A stretch of DNA of 64,000 nt, taken from Ideonella sp. GTDB taxonomy: Bacteria > Pseudomonadota > Gammaproteobacteria > Burkholderiales > Burkholderiaceae_C. The translations under genes were made by a program, and so were the position numbers. The DNA lies in the NCBI GenBank assembly GCA_016702655.1, contig JADJDO010000020.1, positions 43,627 through 107,626 on the forward strand, written 5' to 3'. The stretch's first letter is position 1, and every line of letters begins with the position of its first letter. Positions 37,876 through 48,165 of this stretch are shown one piece after another. The notes below the pieces were generated by a model. It did no database searches, was not told the DNA's origin, and was given only the letters and a program-made list of their open reading frames with translations.

Positions 37876-40290
37876 TCAGCCGGCCGCGGCCTGCACGGCG
37901 CCGATTGCGCGCAGGATGGCCTCGGCCGTCGCTGGCGCCGCAAGCGGCGGATCGACGCGATGCCCGCCGACCGCCGAGACGGCGTCGCGGATCGCGTAGA
38001 ACACCGAGAACGGCAGCAGCAGCGGCGGCTCGCCGGCGGCCTTGCTGCGGTGGATCGTGTCGGCCGGGTTGTCGGCATCGAACAGGCGCACGTTGAAGAC
38101 CGGCGGGCAGTCGTTGGCGGTCGGGATCTTGTAGGTGCTCGGCGCGTGCGTCGTCAGCAGCCCCGTCTTCGGATGCCAGACGAGTTCCTCCATCGTCAGC
38201 CAGCCCATGCCCTGGATGAAGGCGCCCTCGACCTGGCCGATGTCCACTGCCGGATTCAGCGAGCGGCCGACGTCGTGCAGGATGTCGGCGCGCAGCAGCT
38301 TGTTCTCGCCGGTCAGCGTGTCGACGACGACCTCGGCCACCGCCGCGCCGTAGGAGAAGTAGAAGAACGGCTTGCCCTGCAGCGTCTCGCGGTTCCAGTG
38401 CAGGCCGGGCGTGGCGTAGAAGCCGTCGGACCAGAGCTGCACGCGGTCGAGGTAGGCCTGCGCGACGACCGCGGAGAAGGGCAGGCTGCGCCCGGCCACC
38501 TCGACCTTGTCGTTGGCGAAGCGCACCGCGGCTGCGTCGCCGCCGTGGTGTTCGGCGGCGCAGGCGGCGAGGCGCTCGCGAATCTGGCGTGCGGCGTCCT
38601 GCGCCGCCTTGCCGTTGAGATCGGCGCCGGTCGACGCCGCGGTGGCCGAGGTGTTGGCGATCTTCTGCGTGTCGGTCGCCGTCACGCGCACGTGCTCGAA
38701 GCCGACGCCGAGTTCGTGCGCGACGACCTGCGCCACCTTGGTGTTCAACCCCTGACCCATCTCGGTGCCGCCGTGGTTGACGAGGATAGAGCCGTCGTTG
38801 TAGACGTGCACCAGCGCGCCGGCCTGGTTGAAGTGCTTGACGTTGAACGAGATGCCGAACTTCACCGGCGTCAGCGCAAGACCGCGCTTCAGCACCGGGC
38901 TCTTCGCGTTGAACGCCGCGATCTCGGCGCGCCGCGCGCGGTAGTCGCTCGTCGCTTCCAACTCGGCGACGAGCTCGTGGATGATGTTGTCCTCGACCAC
39001 CTGGGTGTAGGGCGTGACGTTGTTCGCCGTCTTGCCGTAGAAGTTGGCGCGCCGCACGTCGAGCGGGTCGCGCCCGAGCTTGCGCGCGATCGAGTCGAGG
39101 ATGTTCTCGATCGCGATCGCGCCCTGCGGCCCGCCGAAGCCGCGAAACGCGGTGTTGCTCTGCGTGTTGGTCTTGCCGCTGTAGCCGTGGATCGCGACGT
39201 CGGGGAGCCAGTAGGCGTTGTCGAAGTGGCAGATCGCGCGCGTCATCACCGGTGCCGACAGGTCGGCCGAGAAGCCTGCCCGCGAGACCATCGTCAGCTC
39301 GGCGCCGAGCACGCGCCCTTCGTCGTCGTAGCCGACCTCGTACGCGTAGTGGAAGCAGTGGCGCCGGCCGGTGACGAGGAAGTCGTCGTCGCGGTCGACG
39401 CGCAGCTTGACTGGCCGACCGAGCTTGTCCGCCGCCAGCGCGGCGACGCAGGCGAAGAGGGCCGACTGCGATTCCTTGCCGCCGAAGCCGCCGCCCATGC
39501 GCCGGCACTCGACGTGCACGTGGTGCGCGTGGCGCTTGAGCGCATGCGCCACCGCATGCTGCATCTCGCTCGGATGCTGCGTCGAGCAGTGGACGTGCAG
39601 GCCGTCGTTCTCGGTCGGGATAGCGTAGGAGATCTGGCCTTCGAGGTAGAACTGCTCCTGTCCGCCGACGTCGAAGACGTCCTTCAGGCGGTGCGGCGCA
39701 CGCTCGATCGCCGCGCGCGCGTCGCCGCGCTTCAGGTGCATCGGGTCGAGCACATAGCTCTGCGCCGCGTGCGCCTCGACGGGGGTGAATATCGCGGGCA
39801 TCGGATCGATCTCGAGCACGTCCTTGGCCTTCGCCGCGGCGCGGCGCGCGAGTTCGCGCGTTTCGGCGATCACCGCGAACACCGGCTGGCCGAGATACTG
39901 AACCTTGCCCTCGGCGAGGATCGGTTCGTCGTGGACGATCGGCCCGCAGTCGTTGGGGCCGGGGATGTCGGCCGCCGACAGCACGGCAATGACGCCCGGC
40001 AGCGCGCGGAGGCGGTCGAGGTGCATCGCGCGGATCGTGCCGTGCGCGACCGGCGACAGGCCGAGCGCGGCGTGCAGCGTGCCGGCGAGCTCGGGCAGGT
40101 CGTCGATGTAGGGCGCGGCGCCCGCCACGTGCAGGTGCGCCGATTCGTGCGGCCGGCTGATGCCGACGCGGTCGCCCGCCGACTGCCGGCGCGCCTCTGC
40201 GCCAGCGTCGATGCGCGTCGCCTCGTGGTGCAGGTGGTCGGGCCAGGGCGCGTCGTCGCCCAGCAGCGGCAGATCGAAGGGCTTGTTCAT
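37876..40290 (-). CDS. xdhB: Xanthine dehydrogenase molybdopterin-binding large subunit
   Basis: 804 aa. GGGFGGKE, AFRGFGGPQG and GTEMGQGLNTK motifs. The ATG overlaps the xdhA stop (ATGA). Confidence 0.9.
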   Translation of the reverse strand: MNKPFDLPLLGDDAPWPDHLHHEATRIDAGAEARRQSAGDRVGISRPHESAHLHVAGAAPYIDDLPELAGTLHAALGLSPVAHGTIRAMHLDRLRALPGVIAVLSAADIPGPNDCGPIVHDEPILAEGKVQYLGQPVFAVIAETRELARRAAAKAKDVLEIDPMPAIFTPVEAHAAQSYVLDPMHLKRGDARAAIERAPHRLKDVFDVGGQEQFYLEGQISYAIPTENDGLHVHCSTQHPSEMQHAVAHALKRHAHHVHVECRRMGGGFGGKESQSALFACVAALAADKLGRPVKLRVDRDDDFLVTGRRHCFHYAYEVGYDDEGRVLGAELTMVSRAGFSADLSAPVMTRAICHFDNAYWLPDVAIHGYSGKTNTQSNTAFRGFGGPQGAIAIENILDSIARKLGRDPLDVRRANFYGKTANNVTPYTQVVEDNIIHELVAELEATSDYRARRAEIAAFNAKSPVLKRGLALTPVKFGISFNVKHFNQAGALVHVYNDGSILVNHGGTEMGQGLNTKVAQVVAHELGVGFEHVRVTATDTQKIANTSATAASTGADLNGKAAQDAARQIRERLAACAAEHHGGDAAAVRFANDKVEVAGRSLPFSAVVAQAYLDRVQLWSDGFYATPGLHWNRETLQGKPFFYFSYGAAVAEVVVDTLTGENKLLRADILHDVGRSLNPAVDIGQVEGAFIQGMGWLTMEELVWHPKTGLLTTHAPSTYKIPTANDCPPVFNVRLFDADNPADTIHRSKAAGEPPLLLPFSVFYAIRDAVSAVGGHRVDPPLAAPATAEAILRAIGAVQAAAG

Positions 40291-41810
40291 GCCGGCTCCT
40301 TCAGGTTCGTCTGGTGCGGCATCACGCTCCACACGCTGAGCGCGCTGGCCGGCAGCGGGTTCTCGCGGCGCGTCTCGAGCCAGAAGCGCTGCAGCAGGTT
40401 GCGCGCCACCTGCAGCCGGTACTCGGCGCTCGCGCGCATGTCGGTGAGCGGTTCGAAGTCCTCGCCGAGCGCGGCCTTGGCGGCATCGACCGACGCCTGC
40501 GTCCAGGGCTTGCCGAGCACGGCCGCCTCGGCGCGCTCGGCATGGCGCACGGTTGCCGCCATGCCGCCGAAGGCGAGGCGCACGCCCGCCACCGTGCCGT
40601 CGTCGGCGAGTTGCAACGCGAGGCCCCCGCACAGTGCCGAGATGTCGCAGTCGAAACGCTTGGAAATCTTGTAGGCGCGCATCTGCCAGCCCGGCTGCGG
40701 CAGCGGCACTTCGATGCCCTGCACGAACTCGCCGGGCTCGAGGCGGTTCTTCATATAGTCGACGTAGAAGTCGCGCAGCGCCATCGTGCGCACGCGCGCA
40801 CCCTGGCGCAGCACGATGCGCGCAGCGAGCGCCATCAGCACCGGCGGCGAGTCGCCGATCGGCGAGCCGTTGGCGACATTGCCGCCCATCGTGCCGGCGT
40901 TGCGGATCGGCGGCGAGGCAAAGCGCAGCCACACGTCCTCGAGCGCCGGCCAGCGCGCCGCGAGCGCGCGCCAGGCGTCCTCGAGCGATGCCGCGCTGCC
41001 GATGTGCAGCATCCCGTCGCGCTCTTCGATTTGCTTCAACTCGGCGACTTCGCCGACATGGATCAGTTCGCCCAGGTCGCGCAGCCCCTTGGTCACCCAC
41101 AGCCCCATGTCGGTCGATCCGGCGAGGATCTTCGCTTGCGGCTTCGCGGCGCGCAGCGTGGCGAGTTCGTCGAGCGTGCGCGGGGCGTGGAAGGCGGCGC
41201 CGTAGACCAGGCTCTCGGCGCGCTGAAGAGACCTCAACGCCGCGATCACCGGCGCCGTGTCGAATTCGGCGCGCGGCTGCTCGAACATGCGCTGCCCGGC
41301 GTCGAGGATGGGCCGGTAGCCGGTACAGCGGCACAAGTTGCCCGAGAGCTCGTCGGCGAGCTGCTGGCGCGAAGGTGTGCTCGCGCAGGCGCTGTGGTGC
41401 TCGTAGGCCGACCAGAGCGACATCACGAAGCCGGGCGTGCAGAAGCCGCACTGCGAGCCGTGGCAATCGACCATCGCCTGCTGCGCCGGGTGCAGCGCGC
41501 CGCCTGCGATGTCCTTCAGATCCTCGACCGTGAACAGCGCCTTGCCGTCGAGCGTGGGCAGGAACTGGATGCAAGCGTTGACGGTTCTGAGCGACAGGCC
41601 GCGCACCGCCGCGGCGTCACCCGGCGCGGCGAGTTCGCCGACGACGACCGTGCACGCGCCGCAGTCGCCCTCGTTGCAGCCCTCCTTGGTGCCGCTGCAG
41701 CGCGCGTCCTCGCGTAGCCAGTCGAGCACGGTCCGCGTCGGCGCCGCACCCTCGACGCTGACCACCTGGCCACGGTGGAAGAAGCGGATCGCTCGGCTGT
41801 TCATGGGCAT
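40287..41810 (-). CDS. xdhA: Xanthine dehydrogenase small subunit (2Fe-2S + FAD domains)
   Basis: 507 aa with CNEGDCGACTV and CHGSQCGFCTPGF iron-sulfur motifs, followed by a FAD-binding domain. Confidence 0.9.
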   Translation of the reverse strand: MPMNSRAIRFFHRGQVVSVEGAAPTRTVLDWLREDARCSGTKEGCNEGDCGACTVVVGELAAPGDAAAVRGLSLRTVNACIQFLPTLDGKALFTVEDLKDIAGGALHPAQQAMVDCHGSQCGFCTPGFVMSLWSAYEHHSACASTPSRQQLADELSGNLCRCTGYRPILDAGQRMFEQPRAEFDTAPVIAALRSLQRAESLVYGAAFHAPRTLDELATLRAAKPQAKILAGSTDMGLWVTKGLRDLGELIHVGEVAELKQIEERDGMLHIGSAASLEDAWRALAARWPALEDVWLRFASPPIRNAGTMGGNVANGSPIGDSPPVLMALAARIVLRQGARVRTMALRDFYVDYMKNRLEPGEFVQGIEVPLPQPGWQMRAYKISKRFDCDISALCGGLALQLADDGTVAGVRLAFGGMAATVRHAERAEAAVLGKPWTQASVDAAKAALGEDFEPLTDMRASAEYRLQVARNLLQRFWLETRRENPLPASALSVWSVMPHQTNLKEPA

Positions 41811-41901
41811 CGCCTCGGAGCTTGGGAGTTACCCGAAGCGTACTGCGGCAGCCCCGGAGTGGATATACGATGAGACGAATAGCCAATATCGAGATGGGCG
41901 T

Positions 41902-42888
41902 ATGGCAAAGCGCGCGGATTTCGACAAGATCGAGCTCTACCTCATCCGGGTCCTGCACACCTTGATCACCGAACGCAGCGTCTCGCGTGCTGCCCTGCGG
42001 CTGCACAGCACCCAGCCCGCCGTCAGCGCGCACCTGAAGCGCCTGCGCGCGCTGACCGGAGACCCGTTGCTGGTGCGCGCGGGTAACGAGATGACGCCAA
42101 CCGAGACCGCGTTGCAGCTCGTCGCGCCGGCGGCCAATCTGCTGCACGAGGCCGAGCGCCTGTTCAGCCTGCGCACGCGACCTTCGGGGTTCGATGCCGC
42201 GCACACCACGGCGATGTTTCGCGTCGCGGCAAGCGACTACCTCGATCCGCTGTTCCTGCCGCGGCTGGTGTCGCGCCTGAAGCGGGTCGCCCCGGGCGTG
42301 CGCCTGGAACTGCTGCCGCTGTCGGGCGACTACGACTACCGGCGCCACCTCGCCACCGGCGACGTCGATCTCGTGATCGGCAATTGGCTCGAACCGCCGG
42401 GCGAACTGCACATCGGCCGGCTCGTCAGCGACGAGATCGTCTGCCTCGTCGCCGAGCACCATCCGACGGCGCGCCTGGCCGGCACGCGCGGCTGGACGGT
42501 CGAGCGCTACCTCGCCTGCGAGCATGTTGCGCCGATGCCCTTCCACCCGGGTGCACAGGGCGTGCTCGAGGAGCATCTGCAGGCGATGGGCCTGGCGCGC
42601 AACATCGCGGTGCGCGCGTCGCACTTCAGCCTGATCCCGCTGATGGTGTCGGACAGCCTGCTCGTGCTGACGACCGGGCGCTTGTTCTGCTCGCGCTATG
42701 TCGACACGCTGCCGGTGCGCATCGTGCGCTGCCCGGTCGCGTTTCCGCCGCTGACCTACTACCAGCTCTGGCACGACCTGACGCATGCGTCGGCGTCGAT
42801 GAAGTGGTTTCGCGACCAGGTGCGCGAGGTCGCGCGCGAGCTCGGGTCGGCCGTGGCCGCACGCCGCACGTCGGAGCAAGCCGCGTGA
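41902..42888 (+). CDS. LysR-family transcriptional regulator, divergent from xdhA
   Basis: wHTH (ERSVSRAALRLHSTQPAVSAHLKRLR) plus a LysR effector domain. Confidence 0.9.
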   Translation: MAKRADFDKIELYLIRVLHTLITERSVSRAALRLHSTQPAVSAHLKRLRALTGDPLLVRAGNEMTPTETALQLVAPAANLLHEAERLFSLRTRPSGFDAAHTTAMFRVAASDYLDPLFLPRLVSRLKRVAPGVRLELLPLSGDYDYRRHLATGDVDLVIGNWLEPPGELHIGRLVSDEIVCLVAEHHPTARLAGTRGWTVERYLACEHVAPMPFHPGAQGVLEEHLQAMGLARNIAVRASHFSLIPLMVSDSLLVLTTGRLFCSRYVDTLPVRIVRCPVAFPPLTYYQLWHDLTHASASMKWFRDQVREVARELGSAVAARRTSEQAA

Positions 42889-42997
42889 CTCACCCCGTGT
42901 CACCCCGGTTTCCGCGGGCCGAGCGCCGGGCCGCTCCCAAGCCGGCCCGCATCCCCCTGGGGGATCGGCCACGGTACTCCGTGGCCGAGGGGCTGTC

Positions 42998-44329
42998 ATG
43001 ACCGCGGTCCGGCGCATCGCGTTGCGCGGCGATCTGCTCGATTTCACGGCCGCGCCGGCATGGGGCGAAGTCGCGAGCCCCGGCGTGCGCTGGCGGCCGG
43101 ACCACTGGCTGCTGATCGAAGCCGACGGCCGCATTGCCGGCGCACAGCCGGGCAGCAGCGAGCCGGGGCCCGATTGGCAGCGCCACGATCATCGCGGCCG
43201 GCTCGTGCTGCCCGGATTCATCGACACCCATGTGCACAGCGCGCAGATCGAGGTCATCGCGAGCTACGGTGCCCAGTTGCTCGACTGGCTCGAGACCTAC
43301 ACCTTCCCGGCCGAAATGCGCTATGCCGACCCGGCCTGCGCACAGGCCGGCGCGGCGCATTTCCTGGATGCGCTGATCGGCCACGGCACGACGGCGGCGG
43401 TCGTCTTTCCGACCGTGCACAAGGGTTCCGCCGAGGCCCTGTTCGCCGCGGCGCAGCAGCGCGGCATGCGCCTCGTCGCCGGCAAGGTGTTGATGGACCG
43501 CAATGCGCCACCTGCGCTGTGCGACGACGTGGCACAGGCCGAACGCGATTGCACGGACCTGATCGAGCGCTGGCATGGCCGCGACCGACTCGCGTATGCA
43601 GTGACGGTGCGCTTCGCGCCGACGAGCACGCCGGCGCAACTGGCGATGGCCGGGCGGCTGCTGCAGGACCATCCCGGCATCTACATGCAGACCCACGTGG
43701 CCGAGAACCGCGACGAAGTGCGCTGGGTGCGCGAGCTCTTTCCCGAGGCGCGCAGCTACCTCGACGTGTACGCGCGCGCCGGGTTGCTCGGGCCGCGCAG
43801 CGTGCTCGCGCACGGGATCTGGCTCGACGACGCCGACCGCGCGCTGCTCGCGGCGAGCGGCGCGCAGATCGCGCACAGCCCGTCGTCGAACCTGTTCCTC
43901 GGCAGCGGCCTCGTCGGCTGGCGCGCCCTCGAGGCCGCGGGCGCGGCGCTGAGCCTGGCCAGCGACGTCGGCGGCGGGACCAGCCTCGCGATGCTGCGCA
44001 CGATGGCCGACGCCTACAGGGTGCAGGCTCTCGCCGGCGAGCGGCTCACCGCATGGAAGGCGCTGCATGCGGCGACGCGCGGCGCGGCACTCGCGCTCGG
44101 GCTGGCCGATGAGATCGGAACGCTCGATGCCGGCCGCATCGCCGATGTCTGCGTCTGGGACTGGGCGCTGGGGCCGGTCGCCGAGCGCCGGCTGGAGGTG
44201 GCACGCGAACTGCACGAGCGCGTTTTCGCGTGGATCATGCTCGGCGACGAGCGCAACCTGGCCGCGGCCTATGTCGGCGGCGTGTGCCGGCGCTCGCGAC
44301 AGCGGCAAGGAGAGAGCGGCACCGGCTAG
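42998..44329 (+). CDS. guaD: Guanine deaminase
   Basis: Amidohydrolase with PGFIDTHVH, HVAEN and ASDVGGG motifs. The size and the xdh context fit GuaD. Confidence 0.85.
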   Translation: MTAVRRIALRGDLLDFTAAPAWGEVASPGVRWRPDHWLLIEADGRIAGAQPGSSEPGPDWQRHDHRGRLVLPGFIDTHVHSAQIEVIASYGAQLLDWLETYTFPAEMRYADPACAQAGAAHFLDALIGHGTTAAVVFPTVHKGSAEALFAAAQQRGMRLVAGKVLMDRNAPPALCDDVAQAERDCTDLIERWHGRDRLAYAVTVRFAPTSTPAQLAMAGRLLQDHPGIYMQTHVAENRDEVRWVRELFPEARSYLDVYARAGLLGPRSVLAHGIWLDDADRALLAASGAQIAHSPSSNLFLGSGLVGWRALEAAGAALSLASDVGGGTSLAMLRTMADAYRVQALAGERLTAWKALHAATRGAALALGLADEIGTLDAGRIADVCVWDWALGPVAERRLEVARELHERVFAWIMLGDERNLAAAYVGGVCRRSRQRQGESGTG

Positions 44330-44438
44330 AACGGCGACCACGGGAACGTACCTGCCGCGGCAGACGGCGGGAAGACAGGCAGGCAACTGGCGCGCAGGCA
44401 GCACAATCGCAGCGCCGGCGCGCAAGGAGACAAGGCAA

Positions 44439-45974
44439 ATGCTTCGACTCGAACTGATCGGCATCAGCAAGCAGTACCCGGCCGTCAAGGCCAACGACAA
44501 CGTGAGCTTGCGCGTCAAGCCAGGCGAGATCCACGCCGTGCTCGGCGAGAACGGCGCCGGCAAGTCGACGATGATGAAGATGATCTACGGCGCGGTCCGG
44601 CCCGACGAGGGCGAGATCCGCTGGAACGGCCAGGCGGTTCAGATCGCGAGCCCGGCCCAGGCACGCCAGCTCGGCGTGAGCATGGTCTACCAGCACTTCT
44701 CGCTCTTCGACACGCTCACCGCGGCCGAGAACGTCTGGCTCGGCCTCGACAAGTCGCTCTCGCTGGCCGAGGTCACGGCGCGCATCGAGAAGGTGGCCAA
44801 GGAGTACGGCCTCGACGTCGAGCCGCTGCGGCCGGTGCACACGCTCTCCGTCGGCGAGCGCCAGCGGGTCGAGATCGTGCGCGCGCTGCTCACCGAGCCC
44901 AAGCTGCTGATCCTCGACGAGCCGACCTCGGTGCTGACGCCGCAGGCGGTGGAGCGCCTGTTCGTCACGCTGCGCAAGCTCGCGAGCGAGGGCTGCAGCA
45001 TCCTCTACATCAGCCACAAGCTCGACGAGATCCGCGCCCTGTGCCACAACTGCACCGTGTTGCGCGGCGGCAAGGTGACGGGCGAAGTCGACCCGACGAA
45101 GGAAACCAACGCCAGCCTGTCGCGGCTGATGATCGGTGCCGAGCCGCCGCAACTGCAGCATCGCGAAGCCAGGCTCGGCGCGACGGTGCTCGAGGTCAGG
45201 GGCCTGAGCCTGGAGAAGCAAGACCAGTTCGGCATGAGCCTGAAGGACATCGCCTTCGAGGTCCGCGCGGGCGAGATCGTCGGCATCGCCGGCGTTTCCG
45301 GCAACGGCCAGCAGGAGCTGATGGCGGCGCTTTCGGGCGAGGACGAACGCGCCGCGCCGGATGCGATCCGCCTGTTCGGCAAGCCCATCGGCAATCACTC
45401 GCCGCGGCGACGGCGCCGCGAGGGCCTGCACTTCGTTCCCGAGGAGCGCCTCGGCCGTGGCGCCGTGCCGACGCTGTCGCTGGCGCAGAACACGCTGCTC
45501 ACGCGCACCGAGACGGTGTCGGGATCGGGCTGGATCAACGTCAGTGCGGTGCACCTGATGGCGGCCGACCTGATCAGCCGCTTCAACGTGCGCGCCGGCG
45601 GCGCCGGTGCGGCGGCCAGGTCGCTCTCGGGCGGCAACCTGCAGAAGTTCATCGTCGGGCGCGAGATCGCGGCCGATCCCAAGCTGCTCATCGTCTCGCA
45701 GCCGACCTGGGGCGTCGACGTCGGCGCCGCGGCCCAGATCCGCGGCGAACTGCTCAAGCTGCGCGACGAGGGTTGCGCGCTGCTCGTCGTCAGCGAAGAG
45801 CTCGACGAGCTGTTCGAGATCTGCGACCGCATGGTCGTGATCGCGCAGGGCAAGGTCTCGCCGTCGGTGCCGACGGCGCAGGCGACGATCGAGATGATCG
45901 GCGAGTGGATGTCGGGCCTGTGGAACAAGGAACCCGGCGCCGCGGCGCAGCGCGAGGAGGTGTCCCATGCTTAA
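44439..45974 (+). CDS. ABC transporter ATP-binding protein with duplicated ATPase domains (nucleoside/BMP type)
   Basis: Walker A GENGAGKST, signature LSVGERQR, then a degenerate second domain (GVSGNGQ, LSGGNLQK). Confidence 0.9.
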   Translation: MLRLELIGISKQYPAVKANDNVSLRVKPGEIHAVLGENGAGKSTMMKMIYGAVRPDEGEIRWNGQAVQIASPAQARQLGVSMVYQHFSLFDTLTAAENVWLGLDKSLSLAEVTARIEKVAKEYGLDVEPLRPVHTLSVGERQRVEIVRALLTEPKLLILDEPTSVLTPQAVERLFVTLRKLASEGCSILYISHKLDEIRALCHNCTVLRGGKVTGEVDPTKETNASLSRLMIGAEPPQLQHREARLGATVLEVRGLSLEKQDQFGMSLKDIAFEVRAGEIVGIAGVSGNGQQELMAALSGEDERAAPDAIRLFGKPIGNHSPRRRRREGLHFVPEERLGRGAVPTLSLAQNTLLTRTETVSGSGWINVSAVHLMAADLISRFNVRAGGAGAAARSLSGGNLQKFIVGREIAADPKLLIVSQPTWGVDVGAAAQIRGELLKLRDEGCALLVVSEELDELFEICDRMVVIAQGKVSPSVPTAQATIEMIGEWMSGLWNKEPGAAAQREEVSHA

Positions 45975-47076
45975 GTTCGAAGCCCGGCCCGAGGCCTCGC
46001 GCCTGATGTCGGTCGCGTCGCCGCTGCTCGCGCTCGCGATCACGGTCGTGGTCGGCACCTGTCTGTTCATGATCCTCGGCAAGGATCCGATCCGGGGCTT
46101 GCAGGTCTTCTTCATCGAGCCGGTGAAGAGCGGCTACGCGTTGTCCGAACTCGCGATGAAGGCCACGCCGCTGCTGCTGATCGCGCTCGGCCTCGCGGTG
46201 TGCTTTCGTTCCAACGTCTGGAACATCGGCGCCGAAGGCCAGTTCGTGCTCGGCGCGATCTTCGCCGGCGGCGTTGCGATGCAGGCCGGCCCGACGACGG
46301 GCGCCTGGATCGTCGTGCCCATCCTGCTCGCCGGCGTGCTCGGGGGCATGGTCTGGGCCGGCATCGTCGCGCTGCTGCGCGACCGCTTCAACGCCAACGA
46401 GATTCTGGTCAGCCTGATGCTCGTCTACGTGGCCGACATGGTGCTCAACTACCTCGTCTATGGGCCCTGGAAGGACCCGCAGGGCTACAACTTCCCGCAG
46501 ACCATCACCTTTGCCGCGGCGACCAAGATCCCGAAGCTCGTCGAGGGCTTTCGCACCAACATCGGCGTGATCATCGGCCTGGCCGCGGTGGCGGGTTTCT
46601 GGATCCTGCTCTTTCGCACCTACCTCGGCTTCCAGCTCCAGGTTGGCGGGCTCGCACCGGCCGCGGCGCGCTACGCCGGCTTCTCGTCGCGCAGCGCGCT
46701 GTGGACGGCGCTGCTGCTGTCGGGCGGCATGGCGGGCTTGGCAGGCGCGCTCGACGTCGCCGGCCCGCTCGGGCAGCTCACGCCGCATGTGCCGGCAGGC
46801 TACGGCTTCGCGGCGATCATCGTCGCCTATGTCGGCCGGCTGCATCCGGTGGGCATCGTGTTCTCGGCGATCCTGATGAGCATGTTCTACATCGGCGGCG
46901 AGCTTGCGCAGTCGCGCCTCGGACTGCCCAAGTCGCTGACCGGTGTGTTCCAGGGCCTGCTGCTGTTCACGCTGCTCGCCTGCGACACGCTGATCCACTA
47001 CCGCGTCCGGTGGGCTGCGTCGCGGCCGGCGGTCAAGCATCACGCCGCGGCGACCGCAACCGCCAAGGAGGCATGA
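45967..47076 (+). CDS. ABC transporter permease (BMP/nucleoside type)
   Basis: 369-aa polytopic protein. Overlaps the ATPase gene by 8 nt. Confidence 0.85.
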   Translation: MLKFEARPEASRLMSVASPLLALAITVVVGTCLFMILGKDPIRGLQVFFIEPVKSGYALSELAMKATPLLLIALGLAVCFRSNVWNIGAEGQFVLGAIFAGGVAMQAGPTTGAWIVVPILLAGVLGGMVWAGIVALLRDRFNANEILVSLMLVYVADMVLNYLVYGPWKDPQGYNFPQTITFAAATKIPKLVEGFRTNIGVIIGLAAVAGFWILLFRTYLGFQLQVGGLAPAAARYAGFSSRSALWTALLLSGGMAGLAGALDVAGPLGQLTPHVPAGYGFAAIIVAYVGRLHPVGIVFSAILMSMFYIGGELAQSRLGLPKSLTGVFQGLLLFTLLACDTLIHYRVRWAASRPAVKHHAAATATAKEA

Positions 47077-47084
47077 TGAACAAC

Positions 47085-47156
47085 CCCCAAGCTCACTTCG
47101 TTCGCTGCCCCCCGAGGGGGCGCTCAATGCCCTTCGGGCGGCCGGGCGGGCACTGA
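47085..47156. repeat. REP-like element inserted between the two permease genes
   Basis: CCCCAAGCTCACTTCGTTCGCTGCCCCCCGAGGGGGCG...GGCGGCCGGGCGGGCACTGA. It shares the CGCTGCCCCCCGAGGGG core and a ...CTGA 3' end with the 21.4-21.7 kb copies. Confidence 0.7.
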
Positions 47157-47157
47157 G

Positions 47158-48078
47158 ATGGAACCCTTTGCCCTGCTCCTGGCCGCCACCCTCAACGCCG
47201 GCACGCTGCTCGCGCTGGCGGCCCTTGGCCTGTTGATCAACGAGCGCGCCGGCATCGTCAACCTCGGCGCCGAGGGCATGATGCTCGTCGCCGCGGTGGC
47301 CGGTTTCGCGACCGCCTTCCACACCGGCAGCGACGTGCTCGCCTTCGGCGCCGGTGCCGCGGCCGGTGCGCTGATGGCGGCGGCGTTCGGGCTGCTCGTG
47401 ATCTGGTTCAACACCAACCAGTACGCGACCGGCCTCGCGCTCTCGCTGTTCGGTGCCGGCTTCTCGGCGTTCGTCGGCATCGGCTACGCGAAGGAGAAGC
47501 TCGCCGAGCGCATGCGCTTCGAAATCCCGGGGCTGGCCGACATTCCCTTCCTCGGCTCGGCGATGTTCAAGCAGCATCCGATGGTCTACCTGACGGTGAT
47601 CCTGACGGTCGCGCTGACCTGGTTTCTCTACCGCTCGCGCGCCGGGCTGGTGCTGCGCGCGGTCGGCGAGTCGCCCGAGTCGGCGCATGCTCTCGGCTAC
47701 CCGGTGCGGCGCATCCGCATGGCTGCGGTCATCGTCGGCGGCGCACTGTGCGGCATTGCCGGGGCCTACGTGTCGGTGATCTACACCCCGCTGTGGGTCG
47801 AGGGCATGGTCGCCGGCAAGGGCTGGATCGCACTTGCGCTGACGACGTTTGCCACCTGGCGCCCGATCCGGGTGTTGCTCGGCGCGTATCTGTTCGGCGG
47901 CGTGACGATGCTGCAGTTCCACCTGCAGGGCGAAGGCGTGCAGATCCCGAGCCAGTTCCTGACCATGCTGCCCTACCTCGCGACGATCGTCGTGCTGGTG
48001 CTGATCTCGCGCAACGAGAGCTTCATCAAGGCCAACATGCCGGCCTCGATCGGCAAGCCCTTCTTCCCGGGAAGTTGA
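47158..48078 (+). CDS. ABC transporter permease (BMP/nucleoside type)
   Basis: 306-aa polytopic protein, second permease of the system. Confidence 0.85.
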   Translation: MEPFALLLAATLNAGTLLALAALGLLINERAGIVNLGAEGMMLVAAVAGFATAFHTGSDVLAFGAGAAAGALMAAAFGLLVIWFNTNQYATGLALSLFGAGFSAFVGIGYAKEKLAERMRFEIPGLADIPFLGSAMFKQHPMVYLTVILTVALTWFLYRSRAGLVLRAVGESPESAHALGYPVRRIRMAAVIVGGALCGIAGAYVSVIYTPLWVEGMVAGKGWIALALTTFATWRPIRVLLGAYLFGGVTMLQFHLQGEGVQIPSQFLTMLPYLATIVVLVLISRNESFIKANMPASIGKPFFPGS

Positions 48079-48165
48079 TGTCGGCCCCGTGCTATCTCAT
48101 AATCCGCGGGCGCGCCTGGTGCGGGCGCCCGATTCCGTCCCCCCACGATCCATCCAGGAGACACC

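Noticed and set aside
42967-42986. Perfect hairpin GGCCACGG-TACT-CCGTGGCC just upstream of the guaD RBS, as a possible regulatory element.
   Set aside because: It is a single short stem with no U-tract or conserved motif that I can recognise, so I cannot support a call.
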